Positions 19,501 to 29,542 are shown, counted from the stretch's first letter. The stretch: DNA of 64,000 nt from Candidatus Latescibacterota bacterium (GCA_965248755.1 OZ252149.1:3776001-3840000); one strand, 5' to 3'. The notes: a model not told the origin generated them from the letters alone. Numbers and translations: made by a program.

Positions 19501-20837
19501 TTCGGTCTGCACCTTTCACAAGCCAGGCGACGTTGACGATCAGGAACAATGCCTTGCCCGGGAATCCACTAGAGGTCTTGAAGGTATTTGACGTTGTCGT
19601 TGCTCCGGGACTTAACACCGGTCCGCTTACCTTACTGGCTACATTTAAGCCACTTACAGCAAAACTGGACACTCTGCTCTTAGTTCCTACAGATACACTG
19701 GAGGTACTCCAGGGACAGACGGCGAGCTTTACGGTACAGTTCAGGCCGAGGGTCGAACCAACAGGTCCGTTGAGTCCGGCTTCGATTACGGCTAATCAGG
19801 ACTCTGTAGGGTACAGTGCGTTTCTTTCAATCGACAGCAACGATCCGACGGGCGGCAATCCGACTATAACGTTAACCGGTCAGGGCTTCATAAGACGCGC
19901 CGATGTAAACTTCAGCGGGTCGGTGAATGTGACTGACGCTGCGAAAATTATAGATGCTATTTTGTTGAATGTCCAATTGGCCCCTACTACAACTTTAGGG
20001 AGGGCCGTGTTTAATCTGAGAAGTGTGGTCACTCCTGCGTCCGATCCGGTCAACGACGATTTCCCCAATGTGCTGGATGTGGTCAGGACTGTGCTTACGA
20101 TTATAAACAAGGTTCTTCTGCCTAAAATCGTAACGGAAGGTCCGGAGGTCGCACAGGTTTTGATTGGGGACGTTCAGTCTGAGGATGGAAGGACAAGATT
20201 GCCTGTGATGGTGGAGAATTCGGGTCCGATATACGGGGCTCAGATGAATCTGAAGTACGACCCGAGGGCTTTATCTCTGTCTGATGTGAGATTGACAGAA
20301 CGCAGCCAGGATATGACCCTGGCTTACCGCATGATAGAAGAGGGCAAGGTGGTGGCGCTGTTATACAGCTTCGACGGAGGGGTTATCCTGCCCGTAGACG
20401 GTTCCATATTAGACGTGGAGTTTGATGCTATAAAGAGTGGGGAGGATGTGTCTTGGGAGGTGGAGATTCAGAATCTGATATTGTCCGACCTTTATGGGAA
20501 TTCGATAGCTCTGGATGGATTTGGCAGCGTAACAGCTCAGGTCCCGTCGTCTATACCTGACGAGTATTCGCTTTCGCAAAACTATCCCAATCCTTTCAAT
20601 CCCGGTACTACTATAGAGTTTGCTATTCCTGTGGACGGGAAGATCGTGATGGATGTGATCGACATTTCGGGTCAGAGGGTGAGGAGATTGGATGAGGGCT
20701 ACAAGCAGGCTGGGAGCTACTCTGTGGTATGGGATGGCTTGAATGAGAGAGGAATGAAAGTAGCAAGCGGGGTTTATTTCTACAGGATCAGGGCGGGGGA
20801 CTTCGTAAAGATGCGAAAAATGGTCCTGCTAAAATAG
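16524..20837 (+). CDS. Secreted adaptor-like protein (1437 aa): cohesin, invasin Big_1-like Ig, ~7 ASH-like Ig domains, dockerin, cohesin, CTD
   Basis: AAGGAG RBS, signal peptide, TLKADGADTTLITVT (Big_1-like), ADVNFSGSVNVTDAAKIID...PNVLDVV (dockerin-like), YGAQMNLKYDP (cohesin-like), CTD. Confidence 0.85.
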   Translation: MKNLKLLLASALLLVVAWGTTAEAQVTVSVPDTAGDPGDLVKVKVYMELQPEATLGLAGFDIKLNIDPTVIKVAGTFVKDFTSLIPTFSNFATVSNSDSTLNLIGATSLGLALGFEDFGVPANPAAFFEIGFNVVGSPGDVSPITVNLVTSGVSTGPRGTSDTALNPVDIVVNGSFSIPVDISQTTVVAARTTLKADGADTTLITVTPRKADGSKISATLNVSVNTTAGSVGSVTAETDSTYTSTLTSSNLDETAVVTATIVGSVAPDSAVVVFAPFSDIEVTPLSIDYGIVLTLTGSADSTVTIANLGNGPLVLGTLSIEGTDASEFSIVAPDPSGTTVSPTLSADAIIRFSPVSGGPKSATLLIPNNDPDAADDTVSVALVGVGGEPNITVVDTVDFGSVSTIGAPKDIDLEILSDGGLQLQISAVTLTGSGAAAYTLLDNLDGVILPALTGKDTLSIRFAPTSVGPFTADVTIFSDDPDTSEKTVTLLGTGIEPDIVVTPFDFGPVEVDSQKTDTLIVNNVGTDDLNIDSLRTNLFPIPFDAFPAGSLPAAVSPGGLLKVVIQFQPDSVGVFNDTVTVFSDDPDSPSFKVPLTGIGVVPDINIAPLDTLTITDRIDTSGVTGKTTTGAIAVVNQGGVGSVLDVTYSLENITGGGTATFSVDGASAPSPSRVPDGLSINIVIAFASIDSADTLQPRFARVIITSDDPNSVDTVIVQGISVLGPSPKPRAEPASLDYDGVFAGTTKDLQVVIGNGPGGTTADPDADTTFVITETVISGDTLSDGSFVFSIVVPPPATINFGDSATVTVKYNAPDVLSPVTNNGTLTLRDTVSNAVISIPLSGNTGNSIVTLSAPPLDFPDHKVGRSGPPARALAIRNDAAATANARVDSVIVSDIIAGSVPQFTFSPSTGYPRTISNGDSLVLTVTFNPLTPTEPDSIFKDFEALLEVNNTDTDNPSPSVDMTGKGLAPQPELIVDDFLIFAPAQLDTGQAIRSAPFTSQATLTIRNNALPGNPLEVLKVFDVVVAPGLNTGPLTLLATFKPLTAKLDTLLLVPTDTLEVLQGQTASFTVQFRPRVEPTGPLSPASITANQDSVGYSAFLSIDSNDPTGGNPTITLTGQGFIRRADVNFSGSVNVTDAAKIIDAILLNVQLAPTTTLGRAVFNLRSVVTPASDPVNDDFPNVLDVVRTVLTIINKVLLPKIVTEGPEVAQVLIGDVQSEDGRTRLPVMVENSGPIYGAQMNLKYDPRALSLSDVRLTERSQDMTLAYRMIEEGKVVALLYSFDGGVILPVDGSILDVEFDAIKSGEDVSWEVEIQNLILSDLYGNSIALDGFGSVTAQVPSSIPDEYSLSQNYPNPFNPGTTIEFAIPVDGKIVMDVIDISGQRVRRLDEGYKQAGSYSVVWDGLNERGMKVASGVYFYRIRAGDFVKMRKMVLLK

Positions 20838-20964
20838 CCTCTTTGTTATCTGACCCCAATCCCCTATAGACTCAATTGGGGATCGGGGACCTGATGTAGA
20901 TTTGTTAGCTATGACAGAGGCTAAAGGCTATATGAAAACTCATAACAAAGAGGGAAGATTTCTG

Positions 20965-23900
20965 ATGAAAAATAAACTGTTATTCCTGATGGGACTAGCT
21001 CTTGTGTATCTGCTTGCCCCCGGGATTACCCAGGCAAACGGTGGGGTGATTATAGATATCGGGGACGGTTTGGCCGCTGCGGGAGAGTCCAATGACGTGT
21101 TTATCTCTATTACTAACGATACAACTACTATTAATACGACTATAGCGGCGTTTCAGTTTGATGTGGTATTTGACAGCACCCAGCTTGAGCCTGTAACCGA
21201 TAGAGGTCTTTCTATATCGGTGGGAGATCCTGTACCTTTCTCAACGATCGATCTGAGGATGGAGACTCAATCGCCTGCCATGAAGACGGAGTTGATTGCG
21301 GCTAATACTATAAGGGTTGTGTTTGTTGATCTTACTACAAGTACTTTAGCAGGAGCAAGGAAAGTTTTGCCGGCAGGTAGAGGACCTATTATGTCTATAA
21401 GGTTCAAAGCAAAAGAAGGTGCGTCAGCAGGAAACAATAGTTTGTTCATAGAAACTAACGAGTTGTCGGATCTGAGAGGTGAGTCGATTCCTTCAGCTAC
21501 AGAACCAGGCACTTTCTCTGTGGTGACCCTGGGACTTGGCATTGGTCAGGGTCAGGCGGCTGTGGGACAGACGGGTCCTGCTCCCGTAATCTTGATAAAT
21601 GTGGATCCTATCGGTGGTGTTCAGTTCGATGTGGGTTTCGACAATAGTCTGCTGGAGTTCGTGGGGGTCGAACAGACAACCAGGAGTACAGGACTGATAC
21701 AGGTTGCGGGGGATACTCTACCGGGTCAGCCGGATGTAGTGCGCGTCGTTGCAGTGAGAGGGCGTCCAGGTAGAGCTATAGCCTCCGATACCAAGGGTGT
21801 AAACCCCGTATTTAATCTTCTGTTCAGGGTAAAGAAAGTGGCCGATCCTGACTCGATCTTGAGCTTTTCTTCACCTTTGACGTTAGCCAACTTGATAATT
21901 TCGGACGAACAGGGTGAAGAGACATTTTTGGATGCGGCTCCGGCCAGCGGGCTCTTTACTGTGGTGCGCGTAAAGGAGTCCCCGGTAGCGAATTTCACTG
22001 CGACTGTCGTAACGGGTACCAGAACAGTGAGGCTCAGGAACCGTTCAACGGGGCTTGCCGAATCTTTCGAGTGGGACCTAGGGGACGGCGGGAGCGCTAC
22101 AGTCGAGAACCTTAATCACACGTACGCACTTCCCGGGGCTTACCAGGTGACTCTGAGGGTGACAGGACCTACGCCCCCTGGGCTATTCGACACAGAGACC
22201 AAGCTTGTAGTTGTGGCGGCTCCTCGTCCGTCTGTCTCAAGTGTAATTCCAAGCAGAGTAGACAACGATGTGGAGAATGTCGTGACTGTCACCGGAGCTG
22301 AGTTCTTCGTGCAGGACGGGACACTTCCCGTCGTGGGGATAGACGGCTTCTTCCCGCCAGTCCAGTTTGTAAGTTCGAATCAGCTAAGGGTTACTATTCG
22401 GGCAGGAATTCCCATAGGTGTCTTTGATGTGCAGGTGACAAACCCCGATGAGCAGAGTGCCCTCGCGCCGCTGCCGAAGCTGACAATTGATCGTCCCGCC
22501 CCGGGAATAGACGCTGTCGATCCGAGCACTGTAACTGCGGGAATAGATGATATCGTTACTATTACGGGTTCTAATTTCTTCAACGATCCTCTGCCAATTT
22601 CGGTATCTATAGATGGGATTGCGCTGGCCGTTACGTTTGCTAACTCTACTACTTTGAGAGCGACGGTTGCAGGGACAGTGGCTCAGGGGACTTACGATGT
22701 GACGGTGACGAACTCCGATCCTGACGGCTCGCGTCCACTGGGCCCTCGGAGCGCGACTCTTGCTGGGGCTTTGACGGTGACCACACTTCCTCCAGACCCT
22801 CAGTCTGTGACTCCTGATACCGTCGTTGCAAGGGTGGATGCGCGCCTGACGATCAGCGGCCAGAACTTCAAGGAGGGGGCGACTGCGACTCTGGGAGGTG
22901 TGGATCTGGATGTCATCTTTATAAACAGAAGAGAATTGAGGGGAACGCTCTTAGGGACAGAATCTGTGGCGCTTGAAGGACCACAAGATCTGGTGGTGAC
23001 GAACCCTGATGATCTGAGCGGAACTTTAGAGGCAGCACTAGTGGTGCTTCAGCTGGCGGCGCCGAGTGTGACTGCTATCGATCCTAGTACAGTGGTGAAC
23101 GACAGGGACACGACATTTAGTATTACGGGTGCGAACTTCTTTGATCGCCCCACACCTCCCCAGGTAAGCGTGGACGGCGTGGCTTTGAGGGACGTGGAGT
23201 TCATAAGCAGTACAGAGCTGAGGGCCCTCGGCGGTCTTGGCCTTGACGTTGGTACAAGGAACGTGACTGTGACGAACCCTGACGGTCAAAGCGCCACAGG
23301 CGCCGGGATTTTAGATGTCATAGTGGGGCAGGTGATTCTGGCAGCCGTAGAACCGGCTATTGTCGTAAACGATTCAGCAAGGACTATAACGCTTTTGGGA
23401 GCTAACTTCGTGGCTCCTATTACAGTGGTGACAATAGACGGGACACCGCTGTCCGATGTTACTCCAGTAGATTTGAGGAGAGTGACGGCGACTGTCCCTG
23501 CGGGTCAGGCTCCGGATACCTACGATGTTACCATAAATGCGCTTCCGGGCAGTGCGACCCTTAGGAACGCTTTGACCGTAATTCTCCCGGCTCCGAGAGT
23601 AACGGTACTTGATCCCGACACCGTGTTTACGGAGACCGATGTCCTTTTAACGATTACGGGAGCTAATTTTGTAGATGGTGCATCCGCGCGGATAGACGAC
23701 GGAAGCGGAAACGTATTTCCTCTAACTCCTGTGGAGTTCGTAAGCGGCACGGAACTCCGGGCAACGATAAGCGGAATTTTCCCTGATCTCAGGTTTTATG
23801 ATGTTGTAGTTATAAATCCCGACGGTCAGAGAGGGGTGCTGGAGGACGGATTATGGATTACGGACTTTCCTGCTCCCCAGGTGGTGGGCATAAGCCCCGA

Positions 23901-26900
23901 TACGGTTGGAAATAATGTGGCGACAGATGTGGTCATCGAAGGAGCAAATTTCCGGGAGGGGGCTTTGGCGCGAATAGGCAGGGCTGATGCGGCGACTTTT
24001 GGATTGATAGGCATAGATGTCATAGACTCACGTTCAATTTCAGCTACTGTACCTGGAGGTTTAGATCCAGGGATCTACGATGTGATAGTGGTAAATCGCG
24101 ATCCGCTGGACAGGAAGGCAAGGCGCGGGATCGGAAGAGCAGAGGGAATCCTGGTGGTTCAGGACAGGGTCCGCCCATCGTTTAGACCCGCTCCGAGAAT
24201 TGTCGGCGCATCGGATAGCACTCTGACAGTCTTCTGGGGCGCAACCGAGCTGCATACGGGATTCGTGAGGTTTGAAAATACGGCTACCGGTGTTCTGGAC
24301 TCAGTGGCGACGCCGCCAGAACTCAAGATAGGTCATAGGCTTATTGTGGGCGGATTGGCGGCTAATATTAGATATAGAATAAGCGTGAGGATCTTCGACC
24401 TGGCGGGAAACCAGACCATAAGCCGAGACGTATTTGAGACGACTAAGAAGATTATACTGCCTTCGGTCAGGTTCGTTGAGGGTCCAACGGTGGTGAATAT
24501 TACTGACGTGACAGCAAACATAGTAGTAGGATTCAACAGGCTGGCGGAGGTGGAAGTACAGTTTTACAGCGTGGCGTCGCCTGAAGATACTAGAATAGTG
24601 GTGAGTGATCTGTCCAGAAGACACAACATCACCCTTTTCGACTTGACCTCAGACACTCTGATCGAATTGATAGTTACAGCTACCGATTTAGATGATAACG
24701 TTGTAATAAGCGGCATAATTCAAATTAGGACAGACCTGGGCCCGGACGTGACTTCACCGATCTTTACTTTGGGTCCGTTCGTGCGTGGGGTGACGACGAA
24801 CTCGGCCGGGATAGGGACGGTTACAAGCGAGAGTACGACTATCAGGATAGACTTTGGTACGTCCGCCGATTTCGGTCAAGTGCTCATTGGGGATGAGACG
24901 ACCGATAAGCATGCGAATAGATTGAGGGATCTTGATTTGACAACCACGTACTTCTTCCAGGTGACTGTGGCAGACCTTGCGGGCAACGAGACGGTTTCGG
25001 ACGTGGATTCTTTTGCGACTCTTTCACCTGTGCAGATCATACCTCTGGAGATAACTGAGCCTCCCTTCGCCTCCGGTATCGACACCAGTGAGGTTACGAT
25101 TGCCTATACAACTAACAAGATATCAGACACGAGGATATTGTATGGGACTGCACCGGATTCTTTGATTCAGTTGTTTGTGGACTCGGAAAACGTCTTAAAG
25201 CACAGCGGCGACTTGACAGGGCTGACTACGGCAACGGATTACTTTTACACGGTTACTTCAACTGCGCTGGACGGCGACGAGATAACCTCTGATATACTGA
25301 GGTTTAGGACGAGATCAGTAACTCTACCTCTCTTGATTACTGGGGGTCCTAATCTGGACTTTGCTGATACGAGCTCGGCTCAGATATCCTGGCTTACGAA
25401 TAAGCCTGGCAACTCGATAGTGGAATTCGGATTGACAGAAGGCCCACCTTTTGATGATAGAAAGATTGTATCGGAAAAAGTTGTGGATCACGTGGTGAGT
25501 CTTACCGATCTGCAGTCAGGAACTCAGTATTTCTACAGGGTGATCTCCGAGGGAAGCGACGTAACAAGCGTAGTCAAAATCTTTAACACGACGGATGCCG
25601 TAGATTTAACTCCGCCTTCGCTCACAAGAGGTCCGGTTCCTGCACGTGTCAGAGATAGGGCAGGCGTGGATGTTAATACGGTGACGATAAAATGGAGCAC
25701 GGACGATCCTTCTAATTTTGTTCTCCGATTCAAGGGTACTGACGATCCCAGAGCAGAGACCGACGTTGTAAGGAACAGGGATGTCAGGACAGTCTCGGAT
25801 CCAAACTTTACGAAGGATCATACGGCGATCTTGACGAATTTAACTTCCAATACAGTTTACTTTTATCTGATAGAGGCTCGAAATCCCACGGCACCGGATG
25901 CAGCTCTATTCAAGCCGAGAGTGGGAAAAACCTTTAAGTCCAAGACTCTCAGGGTGCGGGACGCGACTCCGCCTACGTTTGTGGATGGACGTCCGAGCGC
26001 GGGCTACACGAGCGCTACGAGGGCCGTATGGGTATGGAGGACCAACGAACCTTCTACGAGCGAGGTGTTTCTAAGGGAGGAGGGGTCTGTATCCTTCGAC
26101 TTTTTAGGGGATACCCGCTTTGTGACAGATCACTCCGTTCCGGTAACGGGTCTGACAGCGGGGACGACGTACGAAGTTATAATAATCTCGGCGGACAGGG
26201 CCGGGAACTTCGTGAGCTTTCCCGTACCAGGTATAAGGCCGAAATTTGCAAGGGAGAACGCTGCAAATGGAATCCTGGCAAAGGCAGTCTTCCAGCCTCC
26301 CGGAGGCAGGGGATCGTTTACGACATCTTTTATCGAAGATACAGACCCTCCCATCATTCTGACCGATCCATCGCTGCTGTCAACCACGCAGAACAGCGTC
26401 ACAATGAGCTGGCCTACGAATGAGCTTTCAGACAGTGTGTTAGAGTTCAGTCTGACTGATACTACTGTAGAGGGCAAGGTTTTTGGAGCTTTACAGGAAG
26501 AGCCGACGTTCGAGTTCCGGAAGGAGTTTGGCCAGGACGTCGTAGATCACATTGTGTTGGTGACAGATCTGCCTGAAGGGCAGACCTTCGACTTTCAAGT
26601 CTCTTCGACTGACCCGAACGACAATGGTCCGTCGTTCAGCAATCCTTCAATCTTTTCGACAGTGATAGAGCCAGATGTGACTCCTCCCAAGGTACTGGAC
26701 GTGAGTGTAGAAGGTAAAACGACGAATCAGGCGACCCTTGCGTGGAGGACAGATGAGCTTGCCAACAGTGTGGTGGAGTTCTTCACTGCGGGAGGGGATA
26801 CGCTCTTGAGAGAAGACGATAGAAATGTGATCGATCACAGGGTGACCTTGACGGGTTTGGAGCTAGGGACGGAATATACCACTTCGGTTTCTTCTACTGA

Positions 26901-28566
26901 CATAAGTGGCAACGGTCCTTCTTCATTTGCTACGACCTTTACGACGGCTACTGAGATTGACATTATACCCCCAGCAATAAGAGATGTTTCGGGAAGGGAA
27001 GGGGCGGAAGCTCAGTTTGTGACCTCTCTTTCCGATTCGACGGCGAGTTTAGAGTGGATTACGGATGAACTCTCCAACAGCTTTGTGGATTTCGACACCA
27101 CGCGGTCGACTCTGGAGTCAGGAGTGGGATTCAGTGTTGCAGGAAGCGCGGAGAACATCATAAGGCACAGAGTCACTTTGACGGGCTTGAGGAGCGGAAT
27201 TACATACTCCTACAAGGTTGGATCTGAAGATGTAACCGATCCCCCGAATGTGGCCCAGAGCGAAATACTCTCATTTGTGCCAGAGGCGGATGTGACTCCT
27301 CCCCAGAGGCCAGAAGAGGTAAAGTCCATAGGTGGAGACAGAGAGGTCTTTCTGAGTTGGAAGCAGAACGTAGATCTTGACTTTGCGTCTTATCAGGTCC
27401 TAAGGTCTGTGGGTGACGAAAGCTTTGCAAGCATAGCGACAGGTGTTACGGACACGACATTCCGTGATGTAGGGCTTGAGAACGGCTCGGAGTACGCATA
27501 TAAGGTGGTGGCGTTCGACAGGGCGGCCAACTCGGCAGAATCCGACATCGCTCAGGTGGATCCTATCCCGGCTGTTGGAAACGTTGCGACGGCTCCCGGG
27601 ATCATAGGTATAGGACCAGATCCTGATTTAGGACGTCCTATTGTCGGCGCAGAAGAGAATGTCAAGACTCAGACTCCCAACCTTTTGATAAGTCAGGCCT
27701 CTCCGGGACTGCGTGACACTCTATCTGTGTTGACTTACACGTTCACAGTCTATTCAGATTCAGCGCTGACCGACGTCGCAAGGTCTATTTCGGGGATTAC
27801 ACCGGCGGGACCCGATGATCCGATTCCAGGGAGCGGTTTCAGTCTGTTCTGGCATCTCACTCCTCCTTTGGACAAGGATATAGATCTTGCTACTGGCGAG
27901 TTCATTGCGACGACTTTCTGGTGGAGAGCAAGGGCTAACGATAGTATATTTAACGGCCAGTGGTCCGCAGCCGAGAAGTTTGTAGTCGATGCTGTGGCTG
28001 TGGTGGAGCTATCCAGCTTCACGGCCCTGGAAGACAGGGGAAGAGTAAGAGTAAACTGGGTCACGGCAAGCGAGAGGGAGAACGCCGGGTTCAACATCTA
28101 CAGGAGTATAACAAAAGACGGGGTCTACCATAGGTTGAACGATGAGCTGCTTGTGGGAGACAGTCCCTACATGTTCGTGGATGAGGATGTACAGATAGGA
28201 AGGACCTACTACTACAAGCTTGAGGCTCTTGATATAGTAGGGGAAGGAACCTTATTCGGCCCTGTTGCGACGACTCTGAGAGGGCCTATGAGCTATTCTC
28301 TTTCCCCAAACTATCCAAATCCTTTCAACCCTGAGACTACCATAAATTACGAGGTACCCAAGACAGGAAGATTGACGCTTAAGATATATAACGTCCTGGG
28401 TCAGGAGGTAAAGACGCTGGTGGATGAGAAGTTGGAGCCAGGTTATTATAGGGCGCTATGGGATGGAAAAGACAGCACAGGCAGACAGATGGCAAGCGGG
28501 GTCTATTTCTACCGTATAAAATCGGAGGGTTTTGCCAAGTCGCTGAAGATGATGCTTTTGAAGTAG
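20965..28566 (+). CDS. Giant secreted protein (~2533 aa): 2 cohesins, PKD, ~7 IPT/TIG, ~11 FN3-like domains, CTD
   Basis: Signal peptide from ATG 20965. AAFQFDVVFD / GGVQFDVGFD (cohesin), FEWDLGDG (PKD), repeated ITGANF...V.VTNPDG (IPT), W.T.E.S.S.V.F...H.V.LTGL (FN3), VELSSFTA and CTD. Confidence 0.85.
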   Translation: MKNKLLFLMGLALVYLLAPGITQANGGVIIDIGDGLAAAGESNDVFISITNDTTTINTTIAAFQFDVVFDSTQLEPVTDRGLSISVGDPVPFSTIDLRMETQSPAMKTELIAANTIRVVFVDLTTSTLAGARKVLPAGRGPIMSIRFKAKEGASAGNNSLFIETNELSDLRGESIPSATEPGTFSVVTLGLGIGQGQAAVGQTGPAPVILINVDPIGGVQFDVGFDNSLLEFVGVEQTTRSTGLIQVAGDTLPGQPDVVRVVAVRGRPGRAIASDTKGVNPVFNLLFRVKKVADPDSILSFSSPLTLANLIISDEQGEETFLDAAPASGLFTVVRVKESPVANFTATVVTGTRTVRLRNRSTGLAESFEWDLGDGGSATVENLNHTYALPGAYQVTLRVTGPTPPGLFDTETKLVVVAAPRPSVSSVIPSRVDNDVENVVTVTGAEFFVQDGTLPVVGIDGFFPPVQFVSSNQLRVTIRAGIPIGVFDVQVTNPDEQSALAPLPKLTIDRPAPGIDAVDPSTVTAGIDDIVTITGSNFFNDPLPISVSIDGIALAVTFANSTTLRATVAGTVAQGTYDVTVTNSDPDGSRPLGPRSATLAGALTVTTLPPDPQSVTPDTVVARVDARLTISGQNFKEGATATLGGVDLDVIFINRRELRGTLLGTESVALEGPQDLVVTNPDDLSGTLEAALVVLQLAAPSVTAIDPSTVVNDRDTTFSITGANFFDRPTPPQVSVDGVALRDVEFISSTELRALGGLGLDVGTRNVTVTNPDGQSATGAGILDVIVGQVILAAVEPAIVVNDSARTITLLGANFVAPITVVTIDGTPLSDVTPVDLRRVTATVPAGQAPDTYDVTINALPGSATLRNALTVILPAPRVTVLDPDTVFTETDVLLTITGANFVDGASARIDDGSGNVFPLTPVEFVSGTELRATISGIFPDLRFYDVVVINPDGQRGVLEDGLWITDFPAPQVVGISPDTVGNNVATDVVIEGANFREGALARIGRADAATFGLIGIDVIDSRSISATVPGGLDPGIYDVIVVNRDPLDRKARRGIGRAEGILVVQDRVRPSFRPAPRIVGASDSTLTVFWGATELHTGFVRFENTATGVLDSVATPPELKIGHRLIVGGLAANIRYRISVRIFDLAGNQTISRDVFETTKKIILPSVRFVEGPTVVNITDVTANIVVGFNRLAEVEVQFYSVASPEDTRIVVSDLSRRHNITLFDLTSDTLIELIVTATDLDDNVVISGIIQIRTDLGPDVTSPIFTLGPFVRGVTTNSAGIGTVTSESTTIRIDFGTSADFGQVLIGDETTDKHANRLRDLDLTTTYFFQVTVADLAGNETVSDVDSFATLSPVQIIPLEITEPPFASGIDTSEVTIAYTTNKISDTRILYGTAPDSLIQLFVDSENVLKHSGDLTGLTTATDYFYTVTSTALDGDEITSDILRFRTRSVTLPLLITGGPNLDFADTSSAQISWLTNKPGNSIVEFGLTEGPPFDDRKIVSEKVVDHVVSLTDLQSGTQYFYRVISEGSDVTSVVKIFNTTDAVDLTPPSLTRGPVPARVRDRAGVDVNTVTIKWSTDDPSNFVLRFKGTDDPRAETDVVRNRDVRTVSDPNFTKDHTAILTNLTSNTVYFYLIEARNPTAPDAALFKPRVGKTFKSKTLRVRDATPPTFVDGRPSAGYTSATRAVWVWRTNEPSTSEVFLREEGSVSFDFLGDTRFVTDHSVPVTGLTAGTTYEVIIISADRAGNFVSFPVPGIRPKFARENAANGILAKAVFQPPGGRGSFTTSFIEDTDPPIILTDPSLLSTTQNSVTMSWPTNELSDSVLEFSLTDTTVEGKVFGALQEEPTFEFRKEFGQDVVDHIVLVTDLPEGQTFDFQVSSTDPNDNGPSFSNPSIFSTVIEPDVTPPKVLDVSVEGKTTNQATLAWRTDELANSVVEFFTAGGDTLLREDDRNVIDHRVTLTGLELGTEYTTSVSSTDISGNGPSSFATTFTTATEIDIIPPAIRDVSGREGAEAQFVTSLSDSTASLEWITDELSNSFVDFDTTRSTLESGVGFSVAGSAENIIRHRVTLTGLRSGITYSYKVGSEDVTDPPNVAQSEILSFVPEADVTPPQRPEEVKSIGGDREVFLSWKQNVDLDFASYQVLRSVGDESFASIATGVTDTTFRDVGLENGSEYAYKVVAFDRAANSAESDIAQVDPIPAVGNVATAPGIIGIGPDPDLGRPIVGAEENVKTQTPNLLISQASPGLRDTLSVLTYTFTVYSDSALTDVARSISGITPAGPDDPIPGSGFSLFWHLTPPLDKDIDLATGEFIATTFWWRARANDSIFNGQWSAAEKFVVDAVAVVELSSFTALEDRGRVRVNWVTASERENAGFNIYRSITKDGVYHRLNDELLVGDSPYMFVDEDVQIGRTYYYKLEALDIVGEGTLFGPVATTLRGPMSYSLSPNYPNPFNPETTINYEVPKTGRLTLKIYNVLGQEVKTLVDEKLEPGYYRALWDGKDSTGRQMASGVYFYRIKSEGFAKSLKMMLLK

Positions 28567-28620
28567 AGCGAGCGTAAGGATTTGTTAGTTAGCAGGGAAA
28601 TAGTCTCAGGAGTTGGATTG

Positions 28621-28654
28621 AGCGGCAAAGTTAAGTTGATCTTTGCCGCTTTTT
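28621..28654 (+). terminator. Rho-independent terminator closing the cohesin cluster
   Basis: AGCGGCAAAG-N10-CTTTGCCGCT followed by a T tract. Confidence 0.85.
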
Positions 28655-28664
28655 ATATGGTAGT

Positions 28665-29170
28665 GGTTGAATATCAAATGAAATGAGAGCACTAGGCTGT
28701 TGTTCAGTTGTGATTCGGAAAGGTTGCTCTTCTCAAGAATTTGTACGCACATTGTACGACCTTCTTGCCCTTACAACCTGAAATTAAATGTAGGGAGTGA
28801 GGTTCACTCGCCCCAAGAGCAGGGTTACCCTGCCCCCCCACGAATACGCACGTGCGGCCAAAGGGTTCCTGGCAAAACTGAGACCAAAAATGTGTTGCCT
28901 TTCCGAATCACGGCTAAGATCTGCTTTATTAGGCAAGTTAGACAAGATATACAACAAGCAGATAAAGCCGTTATCGATGTCCTAAATGAAACAGTGCTTC
29001 TTCCCTCCTCTTACATCAATTACTTTGTCCTGGCTGAATGGAACTTAAAAGAAGAACAATTATGCATCCACTTTGAAAAGGACCAAAAACCAGAGGTTAT
29101 CAAAGAGCTAGCATTCAAAATTAATCCAAGATCGAATGAGAAGTGTTCTCATTTCATTTGATTTATAACC
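28665..29170 (+). mobile_element. Internally deleted IS remnant (506 bp) with a transposase C-terminal fragment, possibly IS481-like
   Basis: 29-bp IRs GGTTGAATATCAAATGAAATGAGAGCACT / AGTGTTCTCATTTCATTTGATTTATAACC (25/29). The residual ORF (KICFIRQVR...VLAEWNL) ends inside the right IR. Confidence 0.7.
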
Positions 29171-29542
29171 GGAAGGCTAAAGAGCATTGAATAGTTAGAC
29201 CAGTATTTACAAGGACTTAGGGGTTGTTCTTGACAGAACATCTTCCAAAAGGCAAAAGATCTGTAAATGAGCAACTTGACAACGTCGAATCTGCACTCAA
29301 GCTCAAGCATAGCAAGGAGGCTGCGGCTGCAACTCTATCGTAACTCTCTGACTGAGGCTTGTCAAAATCCCCCGGTATGGACTTCTCAAGAGGCCTTCTG
29401 CCTGTTACGGGAGTCCAAGATTCTCAAGGAGAGCCAAAAAATGAAATTGAATCCACTGACAGTCTCCTATTCGCTTAATGCTGGCGCGAAACCCTATGGA
29501 ACGCTCTCGATAGGCCCAGAACGGCATAAGGGTGTTTTTCCC

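Noticed and set aside
8945..28097. Numerous minus-strand ORFs (up to 318 aa) opposite the giant genes
   Set aside because: Antisense shadows of repetitive Val/Asp/Thr-rich coding sequence; no motifs or RBS.
8667..28566. Classical cellulolytic cellulosome
   Set aside because: No CBM3, GH48/GH9, SLH or sortase motifs recognised, so cellulolysis cannot be claimed.
29200..29520. ORF 29267-29626 or a second IS remnant
   Set aside because: No recognisable motifs; the candidate inverted repeats are short and poorly matched.
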